A stretch of DNA of 64,000 nt from Gracilinanus agilis (Eukaryota). Both the position numbers and the translations under genes were made by a program. Location: contig NC_058133.1 of NCBI RefSeq assembly GCF_016433145.1, positions 348,421,388 through 348,485,387 of the forward strand. The letters run 5' to 3'. Positions 50,901 through 60,420 of this stretch are shown here, one piece after another. The notes under the pieces were generated by a model, which saw only the letters and a list, made by a program, of their open reading frames with translations, made no database searches and was not told the origin of the DNA. Numbering within the stretch: position 1 is the stretch's first letter; the number at the start of each line of letters is the position of its first letter.

Positions 50901-52338
50901 AATATAGTTTTTTTCACTATTTTCCTATTTTCCCCAATTAAAATCTTAAATTATCTCTGTATACCTTAAAAAGCATGATCAAGGCAGATACATTTTCTTG
51001 CCTTATTTTTTCTATGAGTCTCAGACATTTCCCAGCTGTGTAACCCTGAGCAAGTCTCTTAACCTCAATTGCCTCACCTACTCTTCTACCTTGGAACTGA
51101 TATTTAGTATGGACACTAAAAAAGAAGATAATAGAATAGATAGACAGATAGATATTGAAAATAAAAGTATCAGTTGACAAGAAACAGAATAAAATGCATC
51201 ACTAATTTATTTGACTGAATTTTGATAAAATTTATGCTAAAGAAATATTATGTATCAAATAGTTTTACATATTCACATTAAACTCAAGAATTTATTTCTT
51301 TTTTCCTATTGAATGAGAATATTGGGAAAGTTTACTGAAAGCCAAGGAGAGGATGGAGTCAGAAAGCAGTTTAGAAGTCCCACAGTGCACCAGGCAATTA
51401 TTTCTTTGTAATTTATGGTAGTGTTTACTTACCAGTTGTAAGTTATTATATTTAATTAGATTTTCATGATTTTTTTGTACAGTGTTATTCATGATTCCAA
51501 CAAAAATATGATGCCAATTTTAAGAAAACCTGAATAGATAAGCAATGGTTTTCTTATTTGTTTTGCTTGACCTCTTCCCAAAAGTATCCAGGTTTTTCAC
51601 GTAGCTAGTTTTTAAGATAACTGACAAGTTGTCATTAATTGTATCTTACCTCTGCATTCAGATTATCTGCAAGACTTTCCAAAAATTGGCTTTCAATTGG
51701 ATTCTGTTGAGTAAGTAGAGTCAGGTAATGGCTGAGTTTATCATGAGTTGTTATGATTATGCCTTCCCCAAATTTATCAAATTGTGGCCTTCCAGCTCGA
51801 CCAAATATCTGCATGACATCTAAAATTCCAAGGTCAACAAAGGAACCTCTTTTTGCAGCATATATTTGTGTTCCCTGGTTAAAGAAAAGTTAATAAAAAT
51901 TAACATAAACACATACAAATATAATCCTGATGAGATGAATGCTGAAATTAGACAAATATGGTAAGATTTCAAAAGTGTACTTTACCTAATCCTATCATAA
52001 TCGATGATACAGTTAAATTTTCATAACATATTAGACTTTGAATAGAGAAAACTATTTAATCAGACCACCTAAAAATACAATATTTTTCAGCATGAATGGT
52101 CTTATAGGTTTATTTTAATATCTATGTAAGAAAGATAAGCTTTTACCTTAATGATAACAGCATGAGCAGGGAGATTGACACCCCATGCTAATGTAGCTGT
52201 ACAAACTAGGACTTTGATATGTCCATGAGAAAACAAGTTTTCAACCAAACTTCTATCCTGTCGAAGCATTCCAGCATGATGAATACTAAAGCCATCTGGG
52301 AACATTTCTCGCAACTGCTTATTTCTTGACTTTTGCAC
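658..52338 (-). CDS. ASCC3: ASCC3 (activating signal cointegrator 1 complex subunit 3 helicase), internal part of the gene; 15 exons, 2235 nt, 745 codons; gene continues beyond both window ends
   Basis: Manually joined exons give one uninterrupted frame with all GT-AG junctions phase-compatible. Motifs include [31 protein letters not shown], Sec63 region, [42 protein letters not shown]. The peptide closely matches human ASCC3 as I recall it, about residues 763-1507 (recall, not a database hit). Confidence 0.97.
919..1085 (-). CDS. ASCC3: ASCC3 exon (167 nt): (R)VIELTGD...TTPEKWDG...IIDEIHLL(G); motif Ib and Walker B
   Basis: Acceptor CTCCAG|AGT, donor TAG|GTAAGT; phase 2-1. Confidence 0.96.
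1172..1380 (-). mobile_element. SINE1_Mdo-type tRNA-derived SINE
   Basis: Reverse complement of the GGGGCAGCTGGGTAGCTCAGTGG... head; TSD caagtgata(a)cattcttt. Confidence 0.88.
1880..2640 (+). mobile_element. Degenerate L1 ORF2 C-terminal fragments (SINE-interrupted)
   Basis: Similar to the L1 copies at 4300-4560 and 29800-30250. Confidence 0.6.
2251..2447 (+). mobile_element. SINE1-type SINE (older) inserted in an L1 fragment
   Basis: GGGCAGCTG head, B-box GGTTCAAAT, A-rich tail. Confidence 0.8.
2960..5300 (+). mobile_element. Degenerate 5'-truncated L1 (ORF2 3' part and 3' UTR), with a small insertion at about 4570-4800
   Basis: Translations such as '[41 protein letters not shown]' are typical L1 ORF2; many stops and frameshifts. 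Confidence 0.85.
5550..6130. mobile_element. RTE-like LINE fragment
   Basis: Recognised by eye only; degenerate. Confidence 0.3.
6314..6352. repeat. (GT)n(CA)n microsatellite
   Basis: Direct observation. Confidence 0.95.
6520..7300 (+). mobile_element. L2 LINE 3' remnant
   Basis: Pyrimidine-rich L2-type sequence ending with 'agtgcttagc...gtaagcact...aatgct'. Confidence 0.55.
7442..7479. repeat. (TTA)n microsatellite
   Basis: Direct observation. Confidence 0.95.
8188..8586 (-). mobile_element. L1 3' end, minus strand
   Basis: Reverse complement of the L1 3' UTR seen at 30300-30670. Confidence 0.75.
8587..8775 (+). mobile_element. L1 3' end, plus strand, abutting the previous copy
   Basis: Same terminal motifs in the opposite orientation. 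Confidence 0.75.
8995..9190 (-). mobile_element. Older SINE1/CORE-type SINE
   Basis: Diverged match to the SINE1 body on the minus strand. Confidence 0.65.
9481..9662 (+). mobile_element. SINE1_Mdo-type SINE
   Basis: Full head and tail; TSD aaaaaagcaagcac. Confidence 0.9.
10015..10207. mobile_element. hAT/Charlie-type MITE (193 bp)
   Basis: TIRs CAGTAGTTCCCAAA / TTTGGGAATTACTG; 8-bp TSD tactaaag / tattaaag. Confidence 0.85.
11400..12570 (+). mobile_element. L2 remnant (SINE-interrupted)
   Basis: L2-type pyrimidine-rich RT region. Confidence 0.45.
11678..11874 (-). mobile_element. SINE1_Mdo-type SINE
   Basis: Full length; TSD caaggccatatctt. Confidence 0.9.
12575..12820 (-). mobile_element. 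Mar1/MIR-type CORE SINE
   Basis: 'cagtcatgtccaactctttgtgacc..tttggggttttcttggcaaag' plus CORE 'gaggaaattgagacaaacagagttaagtgacttg'. Confidence 0.65.
12890..13665 (+). mobile_element. Solo LTR (776 bp)
   Basis: TG...CA termini with 4-bp TSD ggta (12886-12889, 13666-13669); GC-richer than its flanks; ATTAAA near 13472. Confidence 0.7.
13996..14081 (-). CDS. ASCC3: ASCC3 exon (86 nt): [18 protein letters not shown]...EEKLGK(R); motif Ia
   Basis: Acceptor GTTCAG|GCT, donor AAG|GTAAGT; phase 0-2. Confidence 0.96.
15329..15510 (+). mobile_element. SINE1_Mdo-type SINE
   Basis: Full length; TSD aaaaactcactgtag. Confidence 0.9.
15812..16010 (+). mobile_element. SINE1-type SINE
   Basis: GGGGGCAGCTGG head, body, poly-A tail. 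Confidence 0.85.
17943..18163 (-). CDS. ASCC3: ASCC3 exon (221 nt): (E)LLDLQPLP...FNPVQ...GAPTGSGKT...KYPSSK; Q motif and Walker A of the C-terminal cassette
   Basis: Acceptor TTTCAG|AAT, donor AAG|GTTTGT; phase 1-0. Confidence 0.96.
20744..21157. mobile_element. Second copy of the same hAT MITE, interrupted by a SINE1
   Basis: Aligns along its length with 10015-10207; 8-bp TSD ctctagga / ctctaggg (Charlie-like TCTAG target). Confidence 0.85.
20803..21008 (+). mobile_element. SINE1_Mdo-type SINE nested in the hAT MITE
   Basis: TSD aaaatattacttagc. Confidence 0.9.
21950..22140 (+). mobile_element. SINE1_Mdo-type SINE nested in the LTR-like element
   Basis: TSD aaaagatttcccaa. Confidence 0.9.
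23618..23786 (-). CDS. ASCC3: ASCC3 exon (169 nt): [10 protein letters not shown]...SDRWLG...ERHPPHT(E)
   Basis: Acceptor TATTAG|GTC, donor CAG|GTAATG; phase 0-1. Confidence 0.96.
23878..23980. repeat. (CT)n-(CA)n compound microsatellite
   Basis: Direct observation. Confidence 0.95.
24524..24586 (-). CDS. ASCC3: ASCC3 63-nt exon: [21 protein letters not shown] (3' part of the LTR-interrupted exon)
   Basis: Acceptor TTTTATTTGTTACAG|GTA, donor CAG|GTAAAA; 21 codons. Confidence 0.92.
24587..25254 (-). other. 668-nt GT-AG intron made of the LTR plus one TSD copy
   Basis: GTATGT...TTTTATTTGTTACAG; candidate branch point CTTTAAT with its A about 34 nt upstream of the acceptor; removal rejoins TGG|GTA in frame. 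Confidence 0.88.
24588..25251 (+). mobile_element. ERV-type solo LTR (664 bp) inserted into the ASCC3 coding sequence
   Basis: TGTAA...TTACA inverted termini; perfect 4-bp TSD tacc (24584-24587, 25252-25255); AATAAA at 25193-25198; 3' end resembles the element ending at 50016. Confidence 0.88.
25255..25290 (-). CDS. ASCC3: ASCC3 36-nt exon: [12 protein letters not shown] (5' part of the LTR-interrupted exon)
   Basis: Acceptor TTTTCTCTAG|GTG, donor TGG|GTATGT; 12 codons; not in the ORF track. Confidence 0.92.
25531..25946. repeat. (TA)n running into a 360-N assembly gap (25581-25940)
   Basis: Direct observation. Confidence 0.97.
26910..27160 (-). mobile_element. Mar1/MIR-type CORE SINE
   Basis: Same architecture as 12575-12820. 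Confidence 0.65.
28816..28970 (-). CDS. ASCC3: ASCC3 exon (155 nt): (G)HMLHHVNIG...[10 protein letters not shown]...DFKWNDQ
   Basis: Acceptor TCTTAG|GTC, donor CAG|GTAAGA; phase 1-0. Confidence 0.96.
29190..29440 (+). mobile_element. Possible LTR fragment
   Basis: TATAAAT box followed by an LTR-like GC-richer tract; boundaries unclear. Confidence 0.3.
29790..30670 (+). mobile_element. 5'-truncated L1 (ORF2 C-terminus and 3' UTR)
   Basis: '[42 protein letters not shown]' is typical of the L1 ORF2 C-terminal region. Confidence 0.85.
32418..32643 (-). CDS. ASCC3: ASCC3 exon (226 nt): [11 protein letters not shown]...PLRQF...RKDEI(G)
   Basis: Acceptor CTACAG|AAT, donor TAG|GTAAGA; phase 0-1. 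Confidence 0.96.
33400..33920 (+). mobile_element. CR1/L3 3' region
   Basis: 'ggcaccacagttt..aaggacattgataagctgga...cagagaagagcaa' typical of the CR1/L3 3' end. Confidence 0.55.
35330..35478 (-). mobile_element. SINE1-type SINE (internally shortened)
   Basis: Head and body match; poly-T tail on the plus strand. Confidence 0.8.
35490..35900. mobile_element. RTE-related repeat fragment
   Basis: Recognised by eye only. Confidence 0.35.
37623..37799 (-). CDS. ASCC3: ASCC3 exon (177 nt): [10 protein letters not shown]...[12 protein letters not shown]...SAYVAQ
   Basis: Acceptor CTATAG|GTC, donor CAG|GTAAGA; 59 codons. Confidence 0.96.
38682..38768 (-). CDS. ASCC3: ASCC3 exon (87 nt): [10 protein letters not shown]...AEEFEQIK; Sec63 region
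   Basis: Acceptor TGGTAG|ACT, donor AAG|GTAAGA; 29 codons. Confidence 0.94.
38857..38906. repeat. (AC)n microsatellite
   Basis: Direct observation. Confidence 0.95.
40100..40460 (+). mobile_element. L1 ORF2 3' fragment
   Basis: Similar to 29950-30300. Confidence 0.7.
40854..41018 (-). CDS. ASCC3: ASCC3 exon (165 nt): [10 protein letters not shown]...[18 protein letters not shown]
   Basis: Acceptor TCATAG|ATG, donor GAG|GTAATA; 55 codons. Confidence 0.95.
41877..42061. mobile_element. Degenerate hAT MITE of a second family
   Basis: 16-bp imperfect TIRs caataatgatgaacct / aggttcaccaacatgg; TCTAG immediately upstream; TSD poorly preserved. Confidence 0.55.
43430..44600 (-). mobile_element. 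L2 remnant(s)
   Basis: Purine-rich L2-like sequence; approximate limits. Confidence 0.45.
45799..45918 (-). CDS. ASCC3: ASCC3 exon (120 nt): [15 protein letters not shown]...SHKAYQ; winged-helix region
   Basis: Acceptor TTTCAG|ATT, donor CAG|GTATAA; 40 codons. Confidence 0.95.
47587..48104. repeat. 489-N assembly gap (47587-48075) followed by (TA)n
   Basis: Direct observation. Confidence 0.97.
49700..50016 (+). mobile_element. LTR related to the 24588-25251 element (5' boundary uncertain)
   Basis: Shared 3' end 'attaataaat..ttataaatatcatactttg....a.tgaatattaattttaaaa...aca'; patchy similarity further upstream. Confidence 0.6.
51001..51115 (-). mobile_element. 5'-truncated SINE1-type SINE
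   Basis: Body match tctcagacatttcccagctgtgtaaccctg. Confidence 0.7.
51650..51874 (-). CDS. ASCC3: ASCC3 exon (225 nt): [10 protein letters not shown]...[12 protein letters not shown]...LADNLNAE; motif VI
   Basis: Acceptor AACCAG|GGA, donor GAG|GTAAGA; 75 codons. Confidence 0.96.
52147..52338 (-). CDS. ASCC3: ASCC3 exon (192 nt): [11 protein letters not shown]...HHAG...[18 protein letters not shown]; N-terminal cassette RecA2
   Basis: Acceptor TCACAG|GTG, donor AAG|GTAAAA; phase 0-0. Confidence 0.96.
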
Positions 52339-53229
52339 CTGTGATAAGAAAACATCAGAATTTGTTGTTAAAACTTGTTTTCATCATTTAGCATCTCTGT
52401 TGAAATGTTACATTTTCTCCCACTAAAAGTCTCTTGAACAATTTAGTGTCAGTTTTTCAAATTATAATCAAGCTAATAACGAAGGTCTTATAAAACTGGT
52501 TAGCCTATGAAAGAACTTTAATAACTGTGCCAACTGGAAAATCTTAGAGAGGGAGATAAAAAATGAAATAGGTAAGGAGCTGAACATACAATATACAGTA
52601 AGAATTTCTGGCATTTTGATGCTTATATTCCATAAACTGACACCAGTGAAAAGACAAAAACAATTTTCTTGAGCTGACAAACTAGAGAAACACCCACCAA
52701 AAGCCCAGCAAAATAAAAATCAATATGACAATGAAATATGTAAACAATATTCCAAAAGAAAAAGCGAGGCTATGTAAGGGAAAGTAATTATGATTAGGTG
52801 ACCCCTGGAAGCTGCAAGAAAGATAGCTAGATGGTAAATATGAAGCTCACTGGGCAAGTGTGAGGGACAGCCATGGAATGTCTGAATAACAGGGAAATAA
52901 GTGGTACCTGAAGAGAAAAAGCTGACTGTACAGGCAAAATTTCATTATAATGAACTTCATAGGGCAGCCATATATGCCTTTTAGTTGAATTTTGCTGTAA
53001 TGCATGTATTGCTAGAAATCATACTCCTAGTCTTCAGGCGGTGGAGGCAAAAGAGAGCTGATTCCCAACCTCCCTGTAGTGAGACAATAAGTGAAAAGAA
53101 GCCTGAACCCAGTAGGGAAGAAGAGATGTGTCATGTGCTCCAATCATCTCTATTATTCTTATATCTGAATTCCTAGACTTTCTTTCGGGAGTAACTTTTT
53201 TTTTTTTTAATCCTAGTGATCTGAGAACA

Positions 53230-55200
53230 CAAATGTGAAGTTAACAAGTATTTATTAAGTACCTACTATGTGATAGGCACTATGCTAAGCATTGGACAGA
53301 CAAAGAAAGGAAAACCAACAGTCCTTGCTCTCAAGGAGCTCACAGTCTAATAGGGAGAGACAACATGCAAATAACTAAGTAAAAACTATATCTACTCTCT
53401 GTCTTTCTCTATATTAGTAAATAAAAACACATAAGATAAATAAAAGATAATCTCAGAGGGAAGGCACTAAGATTAAGAAAATCTGGGAAAGGCTTCTTGC
53501 AAAAAGTGGTTAGATAATAGAGTGGCTAGAGTGCTGGGCCTGGAGTGAGGAAGACCCGATTTCAAATCTGTCTTCAGACACACACTGGCCATAAGACATT
53601 GTGCAAATCATTTGACCTCTGCTTACCTCATTTTACTCAACTGTAAAATGAGGATAACAATAGCACTTGTCTCCCAGTAAGAAATCATTTGTGAAGCACT
53701 TATCACAATTCCTGGCACATAGTAGGGTCTATATAAATGCTGCTATCCAACATCATTACCATCATCATCTTCTTCATCAAAGGTGGAACTGTAGCTGGGA
53801 CTTGAGGGAGGCTAGAGGACCCAAAAGGTGGAAGTGACAGGAAAAAATATCTAGGCTTGGGGGACAGCCAAGAAAACTACATGGAGTCAGGAAATGAAGT
53901 ACTTTGTGCAAGCATCAGCAAGAAGGCCAGGGTCTAGATCTCGAAGTACACAAGTACACGTTGGGGAATAAGGTGTAAGAAAACTTGGAGATAACTGGGG
54001 AGATAAATTATGATGGTTGTAAAAGGCAAGCAGAGGATTTTATATTTGATTTCTGAGTTAGCAGGAAGCCATTGGATTACACTGAAGGGGGAAGAGAAGT
54101 TGGTGATAGTGACATGGTCAGTACTATGCTTCAGGAAGATTGTTTTTGTCACTGACTGGAGGATAGAGTGGAGTGGAGCCTACTTAGGCTAGGAGACCAA
54201 TCAGAAAATCACTTCAAGTCTTCACATGAGGTGATAAGGGCCTTAAAACGGTGCCAGAGAAGGGGAGTATATATCAAATATTGCAAAAGAAGCATCAATA
54301 GGATTTATCAATTCATAGGATAGGGAGATGAGAGAGAGGGAGAAGTTAAGGGTGCCATAGATTATGAGCCTGGGTAACTGGGAAGATGATAGTACCCTCA
54401 ATAGTAAAAGGACAATTAGAAAGAGGAGAGGGTTTGAGGGTAGCAAGTTCAGTTTGGACATATTGGCCTTAAAATATCTGAAAGACATCCAATTCAATAT
54501 ATTCAAAAGGTAATTAGAAGGGCAGCTTGATGGATAGTCAGGCTTGGGAGGTTCTAGGTTCAAATATGGCTCATACACTTCCTAGTTGTATGACTCTGGG
54601 CAAGTCACTTAACTGAAACTGCCTAGCCCTTCCTGCTCTTCTGTCTTAGAACCAATACTTAGCATTGATATTAAGATAAAAGGTAAGGATTATTTTTTTA
54701 AAAGGCATTTGGAGATGCAAGACTGGAGACTGATAGAGGTTGGAGCTGGATACACAGATGGGCGCTTATTAGAACAACAAATGAAATAGTATAGAGGGGG
54801 GAAAGAGAAGAGGACCCAGGAGGGGATAAAAGGGACATCTACATGACCTGTTTGAAGGTCTAGAAAGGAGACAGAGGAGCAGTCAGAAGGAGAACTGGGA
54901 GAAAGCAGTGTAAAATGAAAGCCTAGGAAGGACAGAATATCCAGAAGAGATTAATCAGCAGTGCCAAAGGCTTCAGAGGTTAAGAAGAATAAGGATTGAG
55001 AAGAATCCATTAGATCTGGTAATCAAGAGAACAATGGTAAGTAAGTTGGGAGAAAGAAGTTTCAATAGAGTGAAGCTGGAAACCATTCTGCAGAGTTAAG
55101 AGAATGAGAGGTAATAGGCATTGAATTCAAGTTGTTTAGGTATGAAAGAGAAGAGTGTTATAATGAATGATAGCAAGTGGGAATGGATAGATCAAATAAA
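53230..55200 (-). mobile_element. L2 remnant with nested MIR (about 53500-53750) and SINE1
   Basis: L2 3' end 'tttattaagtacctactatgtg..aggcactatgctaagc'; MIR core. Confidence 0.55.
54518..54700 (+). mobile_element. Older SINE1-type SINE inside an L2
   Basis: Diverged head, B-box and body. Confidence 0.7.
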
Positions 55201-57569
55201 GGGCTTTTTTTTTTTTTGAGGATGAAGAGTATGTTTGAGATGAAGATATGTGCAAATGTCACAAACTGAATATTTGCCTTAGGGATTTGTTCATTGATAG
55301 GAACCAAATATAGGTACAATATATGCCTATTAAACGTAGAGAACTTACTTTAAATAATGATAGTACCATTATTATTGGTTATCCACTAGACCTCAGACCT
55401 ACTGTCATAGTAAGCCATCTAAGATAGTCTATAACAATGTTTTTCCACTAAGATAGGACTTTTATAGGTACTAAAAGAATCATTTAAAAATCCATCTATC
55501 CCTCTTTGATATTAGCAAATATAAAGGCTTTACTGGAATACATTACAGTTATTCTAGATAAAGACAGAAACAACTGTCAAAACTTGATAATACAGGAGGT
55601 TATTCTGAATAATAGAAACTCTATTCTAGAGATTTTAATTTTGTCTATGAATAATTATTTCACAGAAAAAAATGACCCATACAAATTGGACTTTATCAAG
55701 ATTCAAGTATTGAATAGGTGAGTAGAACAAAACCCAGGGAAATTTGGACCAGCAGGGGGAAAAAAGTTAACCTCTGACCTGCTCCTCTTTCACTGCAAAT
55801 TATCCAGAGTATCTCTGAAAACATTATCTGAAAATTTGTAACATTAAAAGGACCTATAAAATTGTTCAAAAATCCTAAAAGTATTCATAGAGGAAAAACA
55901 GAGTTTCTACTTCTAAAAATTAAATTAGATAGGGACTCAATGAAAATTTAGTAGAAAATTATTCTGATTAGAATATCTTAAAAATGCAATTTGCAACATT
56001 GATCTCCTTTTAATAAACAGACAATGAGAAATCAAGGTTTATTCCTTGAATAGAGAACTATTTAAAATATTAAAGAAAATTTGTTATAAATTTTCCCACA
56101 AAATTATATTGGAACTTCAGGTTATTTTAATTTATATTTACCCAGCAAGCTAGAAAGAGACTTTAAATATAGAACGGACTTTGATCACCCAAAAGAGCAT
56201 GACTAAATTTAGAAAGACTCATCACCAGTCAGCCTGGATAGTGACAGATTCTTGGGTTATAATACTAAGTTATAGTAAAACAAAGGTTTTTAATATAGAT
56301 CTGGTGATACAATGTCTTCCATTTGTCTTGAGTCTAGAGAAGTTTTCACAAAACAGAAAGTCAATGAGCAGGAGGTAAAGGAGTTAGCTTGAACCTAGAA
56401 CGGTCAATTTATAAATTTTTAGTGTGACCATTTAAACCTCAGAATTCAGCAAGCACTAAGCAAGTTTGATTCTGCTGACTGTATAGATTTAAGAAAGCAA
56501 TAGAGAAAGTGTTAATACAAATTAAATTTAAAAGAATCTCTAGGGGGGTCAAATATCCCTGTCAAAAAGATTTTTGTTTTTCTTTTCTTAGAGGAAGAAT
56601 GATTTAAGCAACATATTAAAGAATTAAGACAAAGGATTATTTTGAAATACATTTATTGGCTTTTGGAAAGTGATCAGATGAATCAGAGAAAAGATAGCCA
56701 AAACATCAACGTAGACCAAATCTAATGAACTGAAATTCAGTACAAATAAATTCAAAGTGTTAAATGTTTTAGAATATTAGATGATGTGTGGAAATTATCA
56801 GTTTTAGAATATTAGATGATGTGTGGAAAGATAGGTAATTTTGTAAGCAGGGGAGGAGACACTTTGGGGTTTGCTGGAGTGCAGGAAGTTCAGAATGAGT
56901 TAATAGTGTAACAGCAGTTCTAAACACTAATGCTATCCTAGAGTACACTGAAAGATGGCAGGAGGAAGAGCAAGAGAGAAAATGTTGGGAGAGAGAAGAA
57001 GAAAGGGGGGCAAGGCAGAGATTTAGAGCTAGTAGTGATCCTTCTCAGCATCCTTAGTGTCTATCAAGTACAATGTCCTCTTTTTTACCAAGGAAAGTGA
57101 GAAGTAAAATAACTTGCCCAGGGTCACACAGCTAATACCTATCTGAGGCAGGACTTGAGCCTAGAGTTTTCTTGACTCCCAGTAAGATATTCAAACCACT
57201 ATACTTTAAATTGCAATGACAACCAATGTGATAATGAAAGTTAGATTTGGCCTTTGAGCCAGAGAATCTTGACTTTTGGCCTACAGTGTAATTTGGTGAT
57301 AAGATTTTATGAAGATGAAAGGTATATGTGGCATGCTCATCAAATCTGAAGATGACATAAAGCTGGCATGCACAGATAACATGTATGGTAGAATAAGTAT
57401 CCAAAAATATTTCTTCCCTTATAATATAAAAATATTTATGTTGATATTATTAGTTTTGACATTACTTTCATTCTCAACTATATCACTCCTTATACTCAGG
57501 GAGTCAATCTCCATAACGCAACATTTTAAAAGGGGGAAAATTAAGGCTCACCAAAATTAACTAACTGAC

Positions 57570-60420
57570 TCTGCCCCAAGCCTGACATAGGGATTCACAA
57601 ACTCTTATCTAAATTATTGCAATAACCGGTTGCTTTTAAAAGTCTGTAACAATCTGGTCTCTTCCTATCTTTCCAGTTCTCTTATACTTTACTATCTTCC
57701 TTACCTCCATGAAATGGGTAATCCAGTAGCATCCATCTCCTTGTTAGTCCTCACATAACACACTCATCTCTGGACTGTAGGTATTTTCATTAGCTGCCCT
57801 CCCTGCCTATAACATTCTCCCTCATCGCTTACACCTTCAGGCTTCCCTGGCTTTAAGTTCCAGTTACCTTCTTAACCTTAGTGTCTCCTCTTTGTGATTA
57901 TCTCCAATTCATCCTATATAGTTATTGTTTTTATATGGTTCTTTGCAATGATTTCCTTGAGAGGAAGGAATGATTTGTTTTGTTTTGCTTTTTATCTTGA
58001 GTACTTAGCATAGGGCTTGGCATATAGTAAGTACTTAATAAAGATTTACTGGTTTGACTAGAGTAATGTTTTAACAAGGTCTGATAGTATATGAAATGAT
58101 CCTCATTTATAGTTCCCCACCTCTGCAAAGAAGGAAGAGAAGAACATTCTGCAACCTCTTCTTTAGGAACAAATTCAAACATAATAATTATATATAATAT
58201 TGATCCAAAAAATCTTAATTTAAAATCTCATACATAGGTTCAAAATATCAACCCCAATCAATTAATAAAGATTTATTAAATTACTACTATGTATCACTAA
58301 TGGGAATACACCACTTCCTTCACCTTGCCTCCTTTCCCTGCCTTAAGTAGATCTAGAACCTCTCTGGGATGGCTGGGAAGGAAGGTAGGAGACTCTACCC
58401 TATATGCCTTCTCCCTTGCCTGGGGCTACTGGAAGTTATGAAATGGAAGTAGAAATTCCATTCTTTCCTTTTTTGATGAGATGGAAATCCATCAATCCTT
58501 ACCATATGATCTGTCTTTATTTCCCAAGATTCTCCAGGCCTTATCATATGCCTTATCTCAACTCCCTAGAATTGTCATCTTAATGATTTAAGTACTTAAG
58601 GACCTCTTGGTCTTGCCATGCACCTCATCATTGTACTCTTGCCTTTCCTATTCTGCAAAGGAACTTTCTTTTATATGTTTTCTTCATCAATTAGAGTAGG
58701 AATTCCTTGAGAGCAAAGTCTAGTTTTTTTTTCATTTTATATCTCCAATGATTAACAGAGCACTTGGTACAGTATATATTCTTGATAATGATTTTTTATT
58801 CATTTGTTCACTCATTCACCACGTTAGGTGCTGAGATAACAAAGACAAAAAAGAAAATAGTTCATGCCTGCAAAAGGAGCTTACAATCTAGATTGGAAGG
58901 AAAAAACTTGTACAAAGACAATTACAAGAAAATAAATTGGTGATTGGGGTATATGTATGAAGCACTAGTAGCCAGGAAGATGAGGAAAGACTTCATGCAG
59001 AAAGTGCTTAAGCAGAGACTTAAAAGGAAATTAGAACTTGCCTTCCTTCTTTAGCAGAAGATTTTTTATACATTTAAGTACACATAAAACAAATTAAATA
59101 AATATAACTTATTTGGGGAGAAGGAATATATTAATCACTAGAAGATTCAGAAAAGCTTAATGGAGGTGATACTGGAACTAAGCTTGAAGAAAAAGAAATA
59201 CTTATAAGAGATAGCTACGAGGAGTACATGCACTCCAGACACGGCAGTGTGAAGGCAAAGGGCAATGAAGTGCCACATAAAGGGGATAGCTGAGGACTCC
59301 TGATAAGGGCAAAAAGGGCACAAAGTGAATATGCACTTCATAAAAGTAGCTTGAAACAGAGGAGTTAATATTTGATCCTAGCAGTAATAGAGGACCATTG
59401 ATGTTTACTAAGAAAGTGCCATGAACTGACCTGAGCTTTATTTGAATCACTTTGGCAGCTATGTAAAGGAAGGACTGGAGCAGTGAGAGATTTGAGGCAG
59501 GGAGAATAAATAGGAGGCTTACTGCAATACAGGCAAGATATAATGCAGGTATGAAATAGGACAATGGCTATGTTCATTAACAGAAAGGCACAAATACAAG
59601 AGATATTGTGGAGGTACAAATGATAAAATTTGGTAAGTAAGTGATACATAAGAGTGAAGAGTTAATAATGATGATAAAAGTTAGGACGTATATAGCCCAG
59701 TAAGATTGACATATGCATGTGTATATGTATGTATGTACGTATGTATGTGCATGTATATGTGCATGTATATATGATGTGTGCATATATTTATGTATATATG
59801 TACATATATATGTAACTCTTAATAAGCTATATAAATGGGGGAGGATCATTTGATCCTCACAACAACTTTGTGAGGTAGGTGCAATTATTCTCATTTTATA
59901 AATGAGGAAACTAAGGCACTTACAACTTAAGTTACTTGACCAGGGTCACATAGCTAGTAAGTGTTTGAGGTAAGACTCAAACTGTGTTTTTAAAGAATCT
60001 AAAGTCCAATGCTCTTTATACACTGGATCACCTAGCTTTCACTGAGAATCAGAACCTTGATTACTGTAAAGATGGTGGTGCCCTTGACAGAAATGTAGAA
60101 GTTTGTAAAGTGTGATGTATTTCATACATGATATATCTGAGATGTCTACATGTCATTCAGCTCAAGACAGTTGCTGATAGTATACTATAGTTTTATGGCT
60201 AGACACACAGAGTTAGAAGTCATCTGCACAGAGATGAAGACTATGCCCCCATGAAAACAAAAGAGAAAAGGTGGAAAGAAGAGGCCTCAAGACAAAGCCT
60301 TGGGAATATACACAGTTAAGGAGCATAAAATGAAAGCCAAGCTAACAGAAGAATCTGAGGAGTTATCAATCAGGTAGGTAATGCAAAGGAAATTAAAACC
60401 TAGAGAAGAACAAGAGGTAT
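57570..60420. mobile_element. Cluster of L2 and MIR remnants
   Basis: L2 ends in both orientations; MIR core at about 59830-60030; approximate limits. Confidence 0.45.
59710..59815. repeat. Degenerate (TATG)/(TA) low-complexity tract
   Basis: Direct observation. Confidence 0.85.

Noticed and set aside
658-52338. Gene could be the paralog SNRNP200/BRR2, HFM1 or HELQ
   Set aside because: Diagnostic stretches ([49 protein letters not shown]) match ASCC3 as I recall it rather than BRR2.
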